A stretch of DNA of 64,000 nucleotides from contig CAVTCS010000003.1 in assembly GCA_963733295.1 (NCBI GenBank), positions 64,001-128,000 on the forward strand, given 5' to 3'. Positions 40,315 to 50,430 of this stretch are shown one piece after another; position 1 is the first letter of the stretch, and each line of letters begins with the position of its first letter. The translations under genes were made by a program, and so were the position numbers. The DNA comes from Vulcanimicrobiota bacterium (GTDB taxonomy: Bacteria > Vulcanimicrobiota > Vulcanimicrobiia > Vulcanimicrobiales > Vulcanimicrobiaceae). Under the pieces are notes generated by a model that ran no database searches, was not told the DNA's origin, and saw only the letters and a program-made list of their open reading frames with translations.

Positions 40315-41349
40315 CTACCCCTCGGGATCCAAGAGCTGCAGGGCCCGGGCGGGGATCTCGAGTTGATCGATCGTGCACTGCGCGGGTGACTTGTCGGTTC
40401 GCCAACGCACCGGGCGCGCGCCGTGCCGGATGCGCCGGCCGGTCACTTGATCGAAAGCGACTTCCAGAACGAGCTTCGGCGCGAGCGCGACGTACGAGCG
40501 GTCACGTTCGGGATCCCGGCTCCAACGCGAGGGTGAATTGCCGGGGGCGTTGCCCGTAAAGCCGCTGCCGCCGGCAAGCGGCGCAAGTCGCTCGAGCAGC
40601 GCAACCCGCTCCTCGTTCGAAAACGCGCTGCAGAAACCGACCGAATCGAGCAGTCCGGCCTCGTCGTAGAGGCCGAGCAGCAAGCTCCCGACGCGGTCGC
40701 GACTTCCCGCTGCATACCGGAAGCCGCCGACGACGCAGTCGGCAGTTCGCGTGTGTTTGATCTTGACGCCGCCCTCGCGCTTGCCGCTTTCATACGGAAG
40801 GTCGAGGCGCTTCGCGACGACGCCGTCGAGGCCGCCGCCGACGCGCGCGAACCACGTGTCCACGACGCTGCGCTCGGTCGTAGCTGGGCTCAAACGCAAG
40901 CGTCCATCGCGCGGAAAGTGCTTGGCGAAGCCCTCGAGCGCGTTGCGTCGCTCGCTCAGCGCTCGCTCGTACCAGTCCCGGTCTCCGTCGCGGAGCAAGT
41001 CGAAGACGAGATAGTAGGCGGGCGTCGTGCGAGCCAGCATTGTGACGCGGCTTTCGGCCGGATGGATGCGCTGCTGGAGCGCGTCGAACGAGAGCACGTC
41101 GTCGATCGGTACGACGAGTTCGCCGTCGAGCGAAAAGCCGTCGACGGGAATGGCCGCGACCGCTCGAACTATTTCGGGAAAGTAGCGCGCGAGAGGCTGC
41201 CCGTTTTTCGAAGTGAGTGCGACCCGCTCGCCGTCACGATGCGCCAAGCAACGAAAGCCGTCCCACTTCGGCTCGTACTGCCAGAGCGGGCCGTCCGGGA
41301 TCTCGGCGACCGTCCGCATTTCCATCGGAGCGAAGTCCGGTGCGATCAC
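40315..41349 (-). CDS. ATP-dependent DNA ligase (LigC-type)
   Basis: YEPKWDGFR, LDGELV, FDLL, DGVVAK, KIKH.RTADCVV.G, WRTDK; start uncertain (GTG 41349 assumed). Confidence 0.88.
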   Translation of the reverse strand: MIAPDFAPMEMRTVAEIPDGPLWQYEPKWDGFRCLAHRDGERVALTSKNGQPLARYFPEIVRAVAAIPVDGFSLDGELVVPIDDVLSFDALQQRIHPAESRVTMLARTTPAYYLVFDLLRDGDRDWYERALSERRNALEGFAKHFPRDGRLRLSPATTERSVVDTWFARVGGGLDGVVAKRLDLPYESGKREGGVKIKHTRTADCVVGGFRYAAGSRDRVGSLLLGLYDEAGLLDSVGFCSAFSNEERVALLERLAPLAGGSGFTGNAPGNSPSRWSRDPERDRSYVALAPKLVLEVAFDQVTGRRIRHGARPVRWRTDKSPAQCTIDQLEIPARALQLLDPEG

Positions 41350-41437
41350 GCCCGCGGAATTAGGCGGCGTATCGAGCTTTCCGCTCGGCAGGGGACCGAG
41401 CGGCCGACGACGATGAATCGCGGCGGAGGGGACCTGC

Positions 41438-42382
41438 TTGCGGATCATCGATGAGGCGCAAATTGCGCAGCTTTTGACGCCCGCTGTGACGCGCAGGCTG
41501 ATGCACGCGGCTTTTCTCGCCGACGCCGAAGGCCGCACGAACAATCCGGTACGGACCGTGGCGACCGTCCCGAGCGGGTGGTTCGCGGCGATGCCTGCCT
41601 ATGTGGAAGCCGACGGTATGCGGGCGTTGGGCGCGAAGCTCGTCGCTTTTTTCCCCGGGAACGCCGCGCGCGGGAAACCGACGCATCGCGCCACGGTCGC
41701 CATGTTCGACCCCGATGATGGGGAACTGCTCGCGCTCGTCGCCGGCGAAACGATTACCGAGCGGCGCACCGCCGCCGCTAGCGTCGTGGCGACGCAACGG
41801 CTTGCCGCGAAGCCGGCGGGTCGTTACGCCATCCTCGGATCGGGAGTGCAAGGCCGCTCGCATCTCGTCGCCTTCGCCGATACCGGGTCGATCGAGTCGT
41901 TGACGCTCTGGTCTCCGAATGCGTCCCACGCGGAGGCACTCGCGCGCCGGGCACGCGAGCTCGGGATCGCGGCGACGCGAGTGTGCGCGACCCCGGCCGA
42001 AGCGGTTCGCGACGCGGACGTCGTCGTGACGGCGACCGGCACGACCGATCCGATCGTCGCGGGCAGCGATCTGAAAGCCGGAGCGCACGTCAACGCCGTC
42101 GGCGCGTGCGTCCCGCAGCGACGCGAGCTCGCCGGCGACGTGCTGGCGCGCGCCGCGCTCTTCGTCGATTCGCGCGATGCGGCGTTGCGCGAATCGGGGG
42201 ACATCCTGCTGGCGATGAACGAGCTGAGGCGGAGCGATCTCGTCACGGCCGAACTCGGCGAGATGCTGGCCGCGCCGGACAGGCCGGTGCTCGACCGTCC
42301 CGACGCGATATCCGTTTTCAAATCGCTGGGCCTCGGCATCGAAGACGTCATCTGCGCCGCGTACGCGCTCGCGCACGCGTGA
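41438..42382 (+). CDS. Ornithine cyclodeaminase / mu-crystallin family protein
   Basis: AMPAY, KLV, T.RRTAAAS, GSGVQG, HVNAVG, FKSLG..IED. Confidence 0.88.
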   Translation: MRIIDEAQIAQLLTPAVTRRLMHAAFLADAEGRTNNPVRTVATVPSGWFAAMPAYVEADGMRALGAKLVAFFPGNAARGKPTHRATVAMFDPDDGELLALVAGETITERRTAAASVVATQRLAAKPAGRYAILGSGVQGRSHLVAFADTGSIESLTLWSPNASHAEALARRARELGIAATRVCATPAEAVRDADVVVTATGTTDPIVAGSDLKAGAHVNAVGACVPQRRELAGDVLARAALFVDSRDAALRESGDILLAMNELRRSDLVTAELGEMLAAPDRPVLDRPDAISVFKSLGLGIEDVICAAYALAHA

Positions 42383-44250
42383 AAAAGCCCAAGCCCGCCG
42401 GGGCCGGTCTCGCGGTGGCCGCGCTCGGCGTCGTTTTCGGCGACATCGGAACGAGCCCGCTCTACACCCTCAGGACCTGCTTTTTGACGGCGCGCGTCGA
42501 GCCGACGCTCGAGAACGTCCTCGGCATTCTGTCGCTCCTGCTCTGGCTGCTAACCTTCGTCGTCTGCGTGAAGTACGTCGGCAATCTAATGCGCGTCGAT
42601 CACGATGGAGAAGGCGGGATTCTGGCCCTGCTCGCACTCGCTTCGCCTCCACGCTCGTTCGGAGTGCCGCTGAAGCTGGGATGGCTCACCGTGGTCGTGG
42701 CCACGGGAGCGGCGATGTTGTTCGGGGACGGCATCATCACGCCGGCGATCTCGGTCATCTCGGCGGTTGAAGGCCTTAACGTCGCGACGAGCTCCGCGCA
42801 ACCGTTTATCGTCCCGGCGGGGGTCGCGATTCTGCTCGGACTCTTTCTGATCCAATCGCGCGGAACGGAGAAGGTCGGCCGCATGTTCGGTCCGGTGATG
42901 GTCGCGTGGTTCGTGGCGATCGGCGTCGCCGGCTTTCTCGCGATTCTCAAGGCGCCGCAGATACTTTACGCGCTCGACCCGCGCCACGCCGTCCGGTTCG
43001 TTTTCCAACACGGGATGTTCGGGTTTCTGATCTTCGGCGCGATCGTACTCGCCATGACCGGGGTCGAGGCGTTGTACGCCGACATGTCGCATTTCGGCCG
43101 AGCGCCGATTACGTTGGCCTGGTACGTGTTCGTCTTTCCCGCGCTCGTTCTGAACTATCTCGGCCAGGGCGCCGCATTACTGGTGTCGCCGTCGGCCTTC
43201 AACTCACCGTTTTACGCGCTGACGCCTGGTCCGGTTCTCATCCCGATGGTAATCCTCGCCACGCTTGCGACGATCATCGCTTCGCAGGCCCTGATCTCCA
43301 GCGCCTTCACGCTGACCGAACAAGCCATCAACCTCAACCTCTGGCCGCGAATGACGGTGCTCCATACCTCGTCGAGCCTGCGCGGCCAAGTCTACGTTCC
43401 TGTCGTCAACGCAATCCTCGGCGTCGCGTGCATCGCGCTGGTTCTGACATTCCGCAGCAGCGAAAACCTGGCGGCAGCCTATGGCCTCGCCGTTTCTGCG
43501 ACGATGTTGGCGACCTCGATCGCGTTTTACAACGTGATTACCAACGTCTTAAAGTGGCGTCGAGCCGTGGCCGTGCCGCTCGTCGCCTCTTTCCTTCTGG
43601 TCGATGGGTCGTTCTTTCTCGCGGGTCTCGCAAAAATTCCCGAAGGGGCGTGGGTTCCGCTGGTCATCAGCTTCGCGCTCGTCCTAACCTCGCTCACGTG
43701 GCTGCAAGGAAGACGTTGCGTCGCGAAGGCTTTGGCCGAGTTGCAGACGCCGCTCGAGGACTATCTTCGCGATGCGCGCCCGAGCAGTGGCGAGGCCAAG
43801 GGAACGATGATCCTTCTGACGGGAGATCAGCGCGGGGTTCCATTCGTCGGCAGGAAGCACGGTTGGATCCGCGCTCGAGCCGACGAGGAGCGGGTCGTCC
43901 TATTGACGCTGGTACGCGCCGCGCGTCCCTACGTCGATGAGACCCAACGCGTGATTATCGAGCGCAAGTCCGAACGTCTCTCGCTCGTGACGGCGCAGTT
44001 CGGATACATGGAACGCCCGCGCATCGCACCGGTCGTGGCGGCGTGCGGTGCGAACGGCCTCAAGCTCGATTCCGCCGACACATCTTTTTTCTACGCCGAC
44101 CCGAAGCTGGTCCGCGCGGAACATCATCCGTTGCCGAACTGGCAACGGAACTACTTCCAAATCCTCGCCCGCAATGCGCGACCGTTGCCCGACGACCTCG
44201 GCATTCGCCCCGAGCGGAGGGTCGAGTTAGGCGTTGAGGTCTCGGTTTGA
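42379..44250 (+). CDS. kup: KUP/HAK/KT potassium transporter
   Basis: ALGVVFGDIGTSPLY, GEGG, GDGIITPAISV.SAVEG, TG.EALYADM.HFG; GTG start 42379. Confidence 0.93.
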   Translation: MKKPKPAGAGLAVAALGVVFGDIGTSPLYTLRTCFLTARVEPTLENVLGILSLLLWLLTFVVCVKYVGNLMRVDHDGEGGILALLALASPPRSFGVPLKLGWLTVVVATGAAMLFGDGIITPAISVISAVEGLNVATSSAQPFIVPAGVAILLGLFLIQSRGTEKVGRMFGPVMVAWFVAIGVAGFLAILKAPQILYALDPRHAVRFVFQHGMFGFLIFGAIVLAMTGVEALYADMSHFGRAPITLAWYVFVFPALVLNYLGQGAALLVSPSAFNSPFYALTPGPVLIPMVILATLATIIASQALISSAFTLTEQAINLNLWPRMTVLHTSSSLRGQVYVPVVNAILGVACIALVLTFRSSENLAAAYGLAVSATMLATSIAFYNVITNVLKWRRAVAVPLVASFLLVDGSFFLAGLAKIPEGAWVPLVISFALVLTSLTWLQGRRCVAKALAELQTPLEDYLRDARPSSGEAKGTMILLTGDQRGVPFVGRKHGWIRARADEERVVLLTLVRAARPYVDETQRVIIERKSERLSLVTAQFGYMERPRIAPVVAACGANGLKLDSADTSFFYADPKLVRAEHHPLPNWQRNYFQILARNARPLPDDLGIRPERRVELGVEVSV

Positions 44251-44261
44251 GTTTGAGGGAC

Positions 44262-44819
44262 CTACATTGCGTCGCCGTCGAGCAGCGATTGCTGGATCGA
44301 ACGGAACGTGTACGTCTGACCGGAACGATCGAGTATCCAAACGAGATCGAAGACGTCGTCCGCCGGCCACCTTTGCGGGGCGGCCGAGCTGAAGGCGCGC
44401 GCAATCGCGGGCAAATGCTTGTGCTCCCATGAGACCAGCACGACACCGTCGAGTGCGGCGATTACCTGCGCGGCGTCCGATTCATCCCCGACCGCGAAAT
44501 CCGTGTTGACCGTGATTGAAAGCGCTCGCGCGAGCGGCGCGACCGTTTCTTGCGGGCGAAGGCTTTTCGCAAGGTCCTCCCCTTCCGCGAATGCGAGGCT
44601 TACGTCGCTAGAGGCCGCCGCGGCGAAAATCGCCGTAGGCCGCGCGATTGCGGGATTCGGGATTTGACAGCGAAAGAGCGGAACGAGCGCGCCGGCGCGC
44701 TCCCAACCGCGCGGTATCAAGGAGTGCTTGTCGGGCGTCCCGTTCTCGTCGATTGCGGCCGGTGGGGGAACCTCTTGTTTCTCACCGTGCCGGATCAGCA
44801 TGATCTTCGTCGGCGGCAT
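44262..44819 (-). CDS. Histidine-phosphatase-like hypothetical protein
   Basis: IMLIRHGEK, RPQETV.PLA, VLVSWEH. Confidence 0.7.
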   Translation of the reverse strand: MPPTKIMLIRHGEKQEVPPPAAIDENGTPDKHSLIPRGWERAGALVPLFRCQIPNPAIARPTAIFAAAASSDVSLAFAEGEDLAKSLRPQETVAPLARALSITVNTDFAVGDESDAAQVIAALDGVVLVSWEHKHLPAIARAFSSAAPQRWPADDVFDLVWILDRSGQTYTFRSIQQSLLDGDAM

Positions 44820-44886
44820 ACCTACAGCGACTCGCACAGTGCCGCAGAGGTTGCGAGACGCAGCGCTGGTATGCTTCAATTTGTCC

Positions 44887-45531
44887 ATGCCGGATAAGAC
44901 GGAGCGCCCCTCAGGTTTTTTTCGGCTTCGGCCGTTCGACCTCGATCTCGGCGACGTAATCGTTCAGATCGTCGCCGTTGCGCTCGGCGTCATGCTCGGC
45001 TTCGCCGCGACCGCTTGGAGCGAGCGCAATCATCAACGCGCGCTTCTGCACGAGACCGTCGGCAACATCGTCGACGAATTGAGCTCCAACAAGGACGGCA
45101 TGAGCCACGTGACGGCCGAACACGCGAGGACTTTGACCGTTTTGCTGACGCTCGCGAAGGGATCCGCGCAATCGGCACACATCTCGCTCGCGGAAGCCCG
45201 AAAGGCGGTGCGGGAGGTCGGGAAAATGCCCGTCAACGTGCCGCTCGAGATTGCATGGCAGATCGCTCAAACCGATCAGGGTTTGACGCTCCTGCCTTAT
45301 CAAGACCGGTACTCGCTGGCGTGGGTCTACGAAGTGCAGAACATCTACTACCAAAAGGAAGAACGCTTCGAGAATTCGGTGCTAACGCTCTCGGAGTCGC
45401 CAAGCGGCAACTACTTCTTCCAAATCGCCGACCTGGCGAACCAAATGGCATCGGTCGTGAACACCGAACGCCAGCTCGACGACCTCTACACCAAAGCGCT
45501 CCAACGAGCCAAAACCGAATTCAACACGTAG
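44887..45531 (+). CDS. Hypothetical protein with N-terminal TM anchor and helical body
   Basis: VIVQIVAVALGVMLGFAA followed by coiled/helical sequence. Confidence 0.65.
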   Translation: MPDKTERPSGFFRLRPFDLDLGDVIVQIVAVALGVMLGFAATAWSERNHQRALLHETVGNIVDELSSNKDGMSHVTAEHARTLTVLLTLAKGSAQSAHISLAEARKAVREVGKMPVNVPLEIAWQIAQTDQGLTLLPYQDRYSLAWVYEVQNIYYQKEERFENSVLTLSESPSGNYFFQIADLANQMASVVNTERQLDDLYTKALQRAKTEFNT

Positions 45532-45541
45532 GCCCGAGTTT

Positions 45542-46171
45542 CTAGCGTGAGGTGACTTTGTAGGCCGAGCGCATTCCGCTCGCGATGATGAAGAGAAAGA
45601 TTGCGAGGCCGGTCGTCAGGACGAAGATCCCTGCGCTGTAAGCGAGGATGCCTTCATAGCCGACGACCTTGGGGGTCAGGAACCAATAGGGATACCATTT
45701 GATGTACGACCCGCGCAGCAGCGTGCATATCAGATATGCGAACGGGAACAGGAGCCAAGCCAGCATGTCGGCCAGCGACAGCTGCACGGGCGGTGGATCG
45801 AGAAGCCAGTCGAGCAGCATGACGGGCGGCACGATGTAGTGGATGACGACATTGACCCAGGGAAGGAGCGACGCGTCGATGCTGGTCAACAAGAACGAGA
45901 AGACGACCCACACGATCGTTACGGCTACCACCGCCGCACCGCGAGCGACGTCCAGTTCGTGTGACGGCGGGCTCACGGTCGCGCTCAGGAGCACGACGAC
46001 TGCGAACAAGTTGCTCAGAATCGTGAAGTATGCGAAGAAGTTGACTGGGTTGAAATGCGGTTGCTGCAATCCCCAGGCAAACTGACTCGTCACCGCGACG
46101 AGGATCAAAAGCGCGAGTGGAAGGCGCACCGGGGACAGATTAAGACGCTTGAAGCGAGCGTAGCTAGGCAT
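45542..46171 (-). CDS. Pr6Pr-family integral membrane protein
   Basis: FFAYFTILSN, IHYIVP..MLLDWL, WYPY.FL. Confidence 0.8.
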   Translation of the reverse strand: MPSYARFKRLNLSPVRLPLALLILVAVTSQFAWGLQQPHFNPVNFFAYFTILSNLFAVVVLLSATVSPPSHELDVARGAAVVAVTIVWVVFSFLLTSIDASLLPWVNVVIHYIVPPVMLLDWLLDPPPVQLSLADMLAWLLFPFAYLICTLLRGSYIKWYPYWFLTPKVVGYEGILAYSAGIFVLTTGLAIFLFIIASGMRSAYKVTSR

Positions 46172-47108
46172 CGTATTGCTCGATGAGCGAACGGGCGAAG
46201 CCGACGATGGCGCTTTGCAGGTCGGAGGGTTCGAGGATCTCGAGGCTCTCACCGGCAGAAGCGATCTGACTGATCGCGACCTGCCGATTGGGGAATCCGA
46301 TACGCACCGTTGCAACCTCGTCGTCTTCGGCGAGAAGCGTCGACTCCCAATACGACGTGAGTTGCGCAAGCGCCGGCTGGTGCGCTCGAACGACGACCTC
46401 ATAGCGCTCCGCAGGACGCTTCTCGATCGACGCGACCGACGAGTTCCAGTGCTCTTCGAGGTTGAAGTCCGCCGGTCGCGCAAAGCGCCTATCGAGTTCT
46501 TCCAGTCCGGCGATGCGCTCCGCTCGAAAGGTCCGATAGCCTTTTTCCGGTTCGTTTGCAATCAGGTACCAGACGCCGGCCTTCGCGACGAGCCCAAGGG
46601 GTTCGAGCGTGCGTTGCGTCTGAGCACCGCTCCGATCGCGATACCGCAGGAGCACGCAGCGCTCGTCGGCGATCGCGGCGCGCAGACGCACGAGAATGCT
46701 CGTCGGCGGATCGCTGCGGCCCCAGCGATTGTGATCGAGCAGCAAGCGATCGCGGCTCGCTTCGGCGGCGCGCCGTTGCGGCGCCGGCAACGCACCGGCT
46801 AACTTTTGCAGCGCCCGCGGATGCGACATGATGCCGAGATCCATCATCGGACTCGCGGCGGCTGCGAAGAGTGCTTGCAATTCGTCGTTCGTGAATTGCG
46901 CGAGCGCGCGCCGGTAGTCGTCGGCGAGGACGACTCCGCCGAGCGGCCCCCGTTCCATATGGACGGGCACGCCGGCCTCGGAGAGGGCCTCGATGTCGCG
47001 GTAGACGGTTCGCATCGAGACTTCCAGGGACGCCGCCAACTTTCGCGCGGTCAGCCGCGGCTTACCCTGGAGCAGCAACATGCAGGAGACCAGCCGCTGC
47101 GAGCGCAT
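46164..47108 (-). CDS. WYL-domain HTH transcriptional regulator (YafY/PafBC-like)
   Basis: LEVSMRTVYRDIEALS.AGVP, EPLGLV.K..VWYL, RTFRAERI. Confidence 0.92.
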   Translation of the reverse strand: MRSQRLVSCMLLLQGKPRLTARKLAASLEVSMRTVYRDIEALSEAGVPVHMERGPLGGVVLADDYRRALAQFTNDELQALFAAAASPMMDLGIMSHPRALQKLAGALPAPQRRAAEASRDRLLLDHNRWGRSDPPTSILVRLRAAIADERCVLLRYRDRSGAQTQRTLEPLGLVAKAGVWYLIANEPEKGYRTFRAERIAGLEELDRRFARPADFNLEEHWNSSVASIEKRPAERYEVVVRAHQPALAQLTSYWESTLLAEDDEVATVRIGFPNRQVAISQIASAGESLEILEPSDLQSAIVGFARSLIEQYDA

Positions 47109-47131
47109 GCTCCCATGCTTCCCGATAAATA

Positions 47132-47146
47132 TGACATCACCTGTCA
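47132..47146. promoter_or_regulatory. Palindrome TGACA-N5-TGTCA, putative operator of the WYL regulator
   Basis: Perfect inverted repeat in the short divergent intergenic region between the WYL and VOC genes. Confidence 0.55.
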
Positions 47147-47198
47147 GGTATGCGCGCTATGCTCGGGGCATCTCAATCTCACCCTAGGAGATGCGTTT

Positions 47199-47576
47199 AT
47201 GACGACCTCAGAGCAGAGCGTCGCTACCGGAACCATCACCGGAATCGACCTGGCCGCGTACTTCACGGCCGATCCCGAGCGTTCGATCGCGTTCTACCGC
47301 GACGTCCTCGGCATGACTCCGACCGAGATCGACGATCAAGGCCGTGGCGCCGAGTTCACCCTTGCCGACGGCTCGACGTTCGGCGTGTGGAAGCCTGAAG
47401 AAGGCGCAACCGGCGCGTGCGTGATGCTCGCCGTAAGCGACATCGGTCAAGCGCTCGACGAGTTCCGCAAGCGCGGCGGCCAGTTCAGCGAGCCCGAAGA
47501 AACGCCGGTCTGCCGTATGGCGTTCGGTGCCGACCCGGACGGTAACACGATCATCATCCATCAGCGCAAAGTGTAG
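47199..47576 (+). CDS. VOC/glyoxalase family protein
   Basis: AGGAG RBS; DPERSIAFYRDVLG...DPDGN.IIIHQ. Confidence 0.85.
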   Translation: MTTSEQSVATGTITGIDLAAYFTADPERSIAFYRDVLGMTPTEIDDQGRGAEFTLADGSTFGVWKPEEGATGACVMLAVSDIGQALDEFRKRGGQFSEPEETPVCRMAFGADPDGNTIIIHQRKV

Positions 47577-47603
47577 CGCGACCGGGAACTGTTCGAACCG
47601 TAG

Positions 47604-48416
47604 TTAGCCGAAACGATAGCCGGAGAGCGCGGCTCCCACGCAATCGTGGAAGACGCGCTTTCCGGGATCGTTGCCGGCCGCGCCGGCGGCTACCATAAGT
47701 GGAAGCAGATGCTCTTCTTCGGGATGCGCGCGGCGCGCGTCGGGAGCCGAGCTCCAAGCTTCAAGCCGCTTCCGGCGCGTGTCGGAATCGGCTTCGACCG
47801 ATTCGGTCAACCACGCGTCGAAACGCTCCGAGTCGCCGGCGTCGCGGCCGGTGCGCAGCGTCGCGAGGTTGTGATAGCTCATGCCGCTGCCCACGATGAG
47901 AACGCCCTCATCGCGCAGAGGCGCGAGCGCACGTCCCATCTCGAGATGCAACTTCGGATCGAGGTTTGCAGCGAGCGACATCTCCACGATCGGAACGTCC
48001 GCTGCCGGTTCGATCAAAAGAAACGGAATGAAGACCCCGTGATCGAAGCCGCGCCCGCTATCCGCAGCCGAAGGAATGCCGGCGGCCTCGAGCAGCTCGC
48101 GGACGCGCGCCGCGAGTTCGGGTGATCCGGGTGCCGGATATTTCAGCTCGTACGTGTGCGGCGGGAAACCGGAGTAGTCGAAGATGAGCGGAGGATGGGA
48201 TCCCGCCGTGACGCTGGGCACCGGTGTTTCCCAATGCGCCGAGATGACGAGGATCGCGCGCGGCTTCCGCTCGAGCGAGCCCATGAGTCCACGCAGGAAC
48301 GCCGCGAGCGAATCCCACGCGTGCGTCATCGGCGGCGGCCAATCCATGAAGAAGCACGGACCTCCTCCGTGCGGGATGAAGAACGTCGGCATCCGCAGTG
48401 CGTGCGATTCCGGCAT
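47604..48416 (-). CDS. Class III extradiol dioxygenase (LigB / DOPA 4,5-dioxygenase-like)
   Basis: PHGGGP, ISAHW, GFDHG, GSGMSYHN, HP.EEHLLPL. Confidence 0.9.
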   Translation of the reverse strand: MPESHALRMPTFFIPHGGGPCFFMDWPPPMTHAWDSLAAFLRGLMGSLERKPRAILVISAHWETPVPSVTAGSHPPLIFDYSGFPPHTYELKYPAPGSPELAARVRELLEAAGIPSAADSGRGFDHGVFIPFLLIEPAADVPIVEMSLAANLDPKLHLEMGRALAPLRDEGVLIVGSGMSYHNLATLRTGRDAGDSERFDAWLTESVEADSDTRRKRLEAWSSAPDARRAHPEEEHLLPLMVAAGAAGNDPGKRVFHDCVGAALSGYRFG

Positions 48417-50269
48417 CAGACGAGTTGTCTGAGCTTGAGCGTGACGCTCTGCTTGGCGTCGCCGCGCTGATAGACCAGCGGCAGTTCGGTACGTTTGGTG
48501 TCGACGAAGTACTCGCGAATATCGCTGCCTCCGAGACCGCCCGCAGCGACGTTTTGCCCGGCGATCTCGACAATGCGATCGCCGGCTTTCATCCCGGCTT
48601 CGGCCGCGGGAGAGTTCGGCGCGACGCTGAGGACGAGGAAGTAGCCGGCCTCGGGCTGTGTGAGCGAGAGACCGGTACGATCGCCGACGAAAGGATCGCC
48701 GACGTGCGCGTTCGGGACGAACGTCACCGTCTTGTGCGCGTAGTCGAACGTTACGGTGAAGCGTCCCAGAATGCGCCCGCCGATATTTCCGGCGACCGAT
48801 TTGGAGGCGAACGTGCCGGCCGAAGCGGCAGGAACGTCGACGACCGGTGCGTTCAGCGTCGTGCCCGCGATCGTCAGCGTCTTGGCCCGGTAGAGCGCGT
48901 CGGGAATTTGACCGCCGACGCCGCCCGGCGAAACGAACGGATCGCCCGGGCCCGCGTAGAGGCCGTGCGCGCTTGCAAACTGCCGAAAAACGCTGAGGCC
49001 ACCGTTATCTCCGGTGTCGATCAGAAAAAATCCGGTGACGCCATCGATGCTCGCGCGCACGTAGGCGTGCTGACCGTCGGTGAAAAACGGGATCGTTTGC
49101 GGTGAGGCGGGTGCTGCCGCATCGAAGGCCGCGAACGCGATCGTTTTCGCCGCGTAGTCGATCGTCGTTTTGAAGTTCGCGAGAAACTCGGCGCCGACGA
49201 GACCGTGCACGTCGAGGCCCGACCCAGGGTGGATCACGGGATAGGGAAGCGGTACGACGACCGCCGACTGATTGGAGAGGCGTGCCGTGCCGGCGCTGAT
49301 CGAGTCGACGTGGGCAAACGAAGCCGCGATCGAAGAGTTGCCGACGCCGCCGACATCGGCTCCGCCTCCGGTTTTGAGCGAAAGCGATTTCGCGGCCGGC
49401 GGGGTCAGCACGGCTTGGCCGCCCGAGTCGAAGATCACCGTCAGAGGAACGGTTCCGAACGCGATCGGCAGAACGATCCAACCGTCGTCGCCGCCGGCGA
49501 AGCGAAACGGCAGAACCGACGGAGCGGCACCGGTGAACGAGCCGCGTTTTTCCGGCTTCGGGCGCGCGATCGTCGCCACGTCGAAAGTCTTTTTCAAGAC
49601 GACCGATGCGATCGTCGTTTCGGTTTTCGATCCGGTGGGATCGACGGAAACGTTGTGAAACGAGATCTTCACGCCGTCGACGGTTCGGAAGTCGTCGTTG
49701 GTCTGGACGACGTCGCCGCTATCGGTGTGCGCGACCGTGCGCACGATCAGGTGCGACTTCCGGTCGATCCAAACGTCGATTCCGCTTCCGCCGTTCGGCA
49801 CGACCGTCACGACGTCGGCGACGATCGCGCCATCCGTCTTTTGGCCGTCGTACGTCATCGTTGCGCCGCCGGTTTCCCACCAACCGTCCCGGTTTTGGTA
49901 CGCGCCGGTCACGGCGTCCGCCACGTCGCCGGGCATGTCGATCGTCGTAACCGTGCCGTTCGTCGAATCCCAGGGCATGCCGTCGAAGCCGCTCGTGTCG
50001 GTCAGCGGTCCGCTCTGCGTAACCGTCTTCTGGTAGCCCGTCTTGCGCTCGACGAACGTATCGAACGTGCTCGGCGCGCCGCCGTTGACGGCGCTGCCCT
50101 TCGCCTGAATCGAGGCGACTTGTTCCCAAGCCGAGCCGCCGGCCGCGGCGCGTTCCTGGGAAAAAAGGGCTCGAACATCAGGTTGCGCGCCAGCGGGTCC
50201 CGCCAACGCCGCGAGCATCGCCGAGAGTCCGCAGATTGCGGCACCAACGGGGCCATAGACCTTTGTCAT
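48416..50269 (-). CDS. Secreted aspartyl protease (two retropepsin-like domains) with C-terminal PDZ
   Basis: IFDSGG and LIDTGD catalytic motifs, GLVGAEF, GNIGG, PDZ SPAAEAG.KAGD.I; start uncertain. Confidence 0.82.
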   Translation of the reverse strand: MTKVYGPVGAAICGLSAMLAALAGPAGAQPDVRALFSQERAAAGGSAWEQVASIQAKGSAVNGGAPSTFDTFVERKTGYQKTVTQSGPLTDTSGFDGMPWDSTNGTVTTIDMPGDVADAVTGAYQNRDGWWETGGATMTYDGQKTDGAIVADVVTVVPNGGSGIDVWIDRKSHLIVRTVAHTDSGDVVQTNDDFRTVDGVKISFHNVSVDPTGSKTETTIASVVLKKTFDVATIARPKPEKRGSFTGAAPSVLPFRFAGGDDGWIVLPIAFGTVPLTVIFDSGGQAVLTPPAAKSLSLKTGGGADVGGVGNSSIAASFAHVDSISAGTARLSNQSAVVVPLPYPVIHPGSGLDVHGLVGAEFLANFKTTIDYAAKTIAFAAFDAAAPASPQTIPFFTDGQHAYVRASIDGVTGFFLIDTGDNGGLSVFRQFASAHGLYAGPGDPFVSPGGVGGQIPDALYRAKTLTIAGTTLNAPVVDVPAASAGTFASKSVAGNIGGRILGRFTVTFDYAHKTVTFVPNAHVGDPFVGDRTGLSLTQPEAGYFLVLSVAPNSPAAEAGMKAGDRIVEIAGQNVAAGGLGGSDIREYFVDTKRTELPLVYQRGDAKQSVTLKLRQLV

Positions 50270-50430
50270 CTTGACTATTTTGTGTGAGGATTTATGCAGA
50301 TCGTTCAAGTTTAACGCTCGCCTAATCTCCGCTGGTGATTTCTCAAACTTTGCCCAAGCTTACAGGGTTATAGTGAGGGTGTAGGGCCCCTGGTTCAAGA
50401 CCCGGAGCCCGCTGAAGGAAGACAACGACC

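Noticed and set aside
40315..41349. NHEJ system
   Set aside because: Only a stand-alone ATP-dependent ligase; no Ku or LigD polymerase domain in the window.
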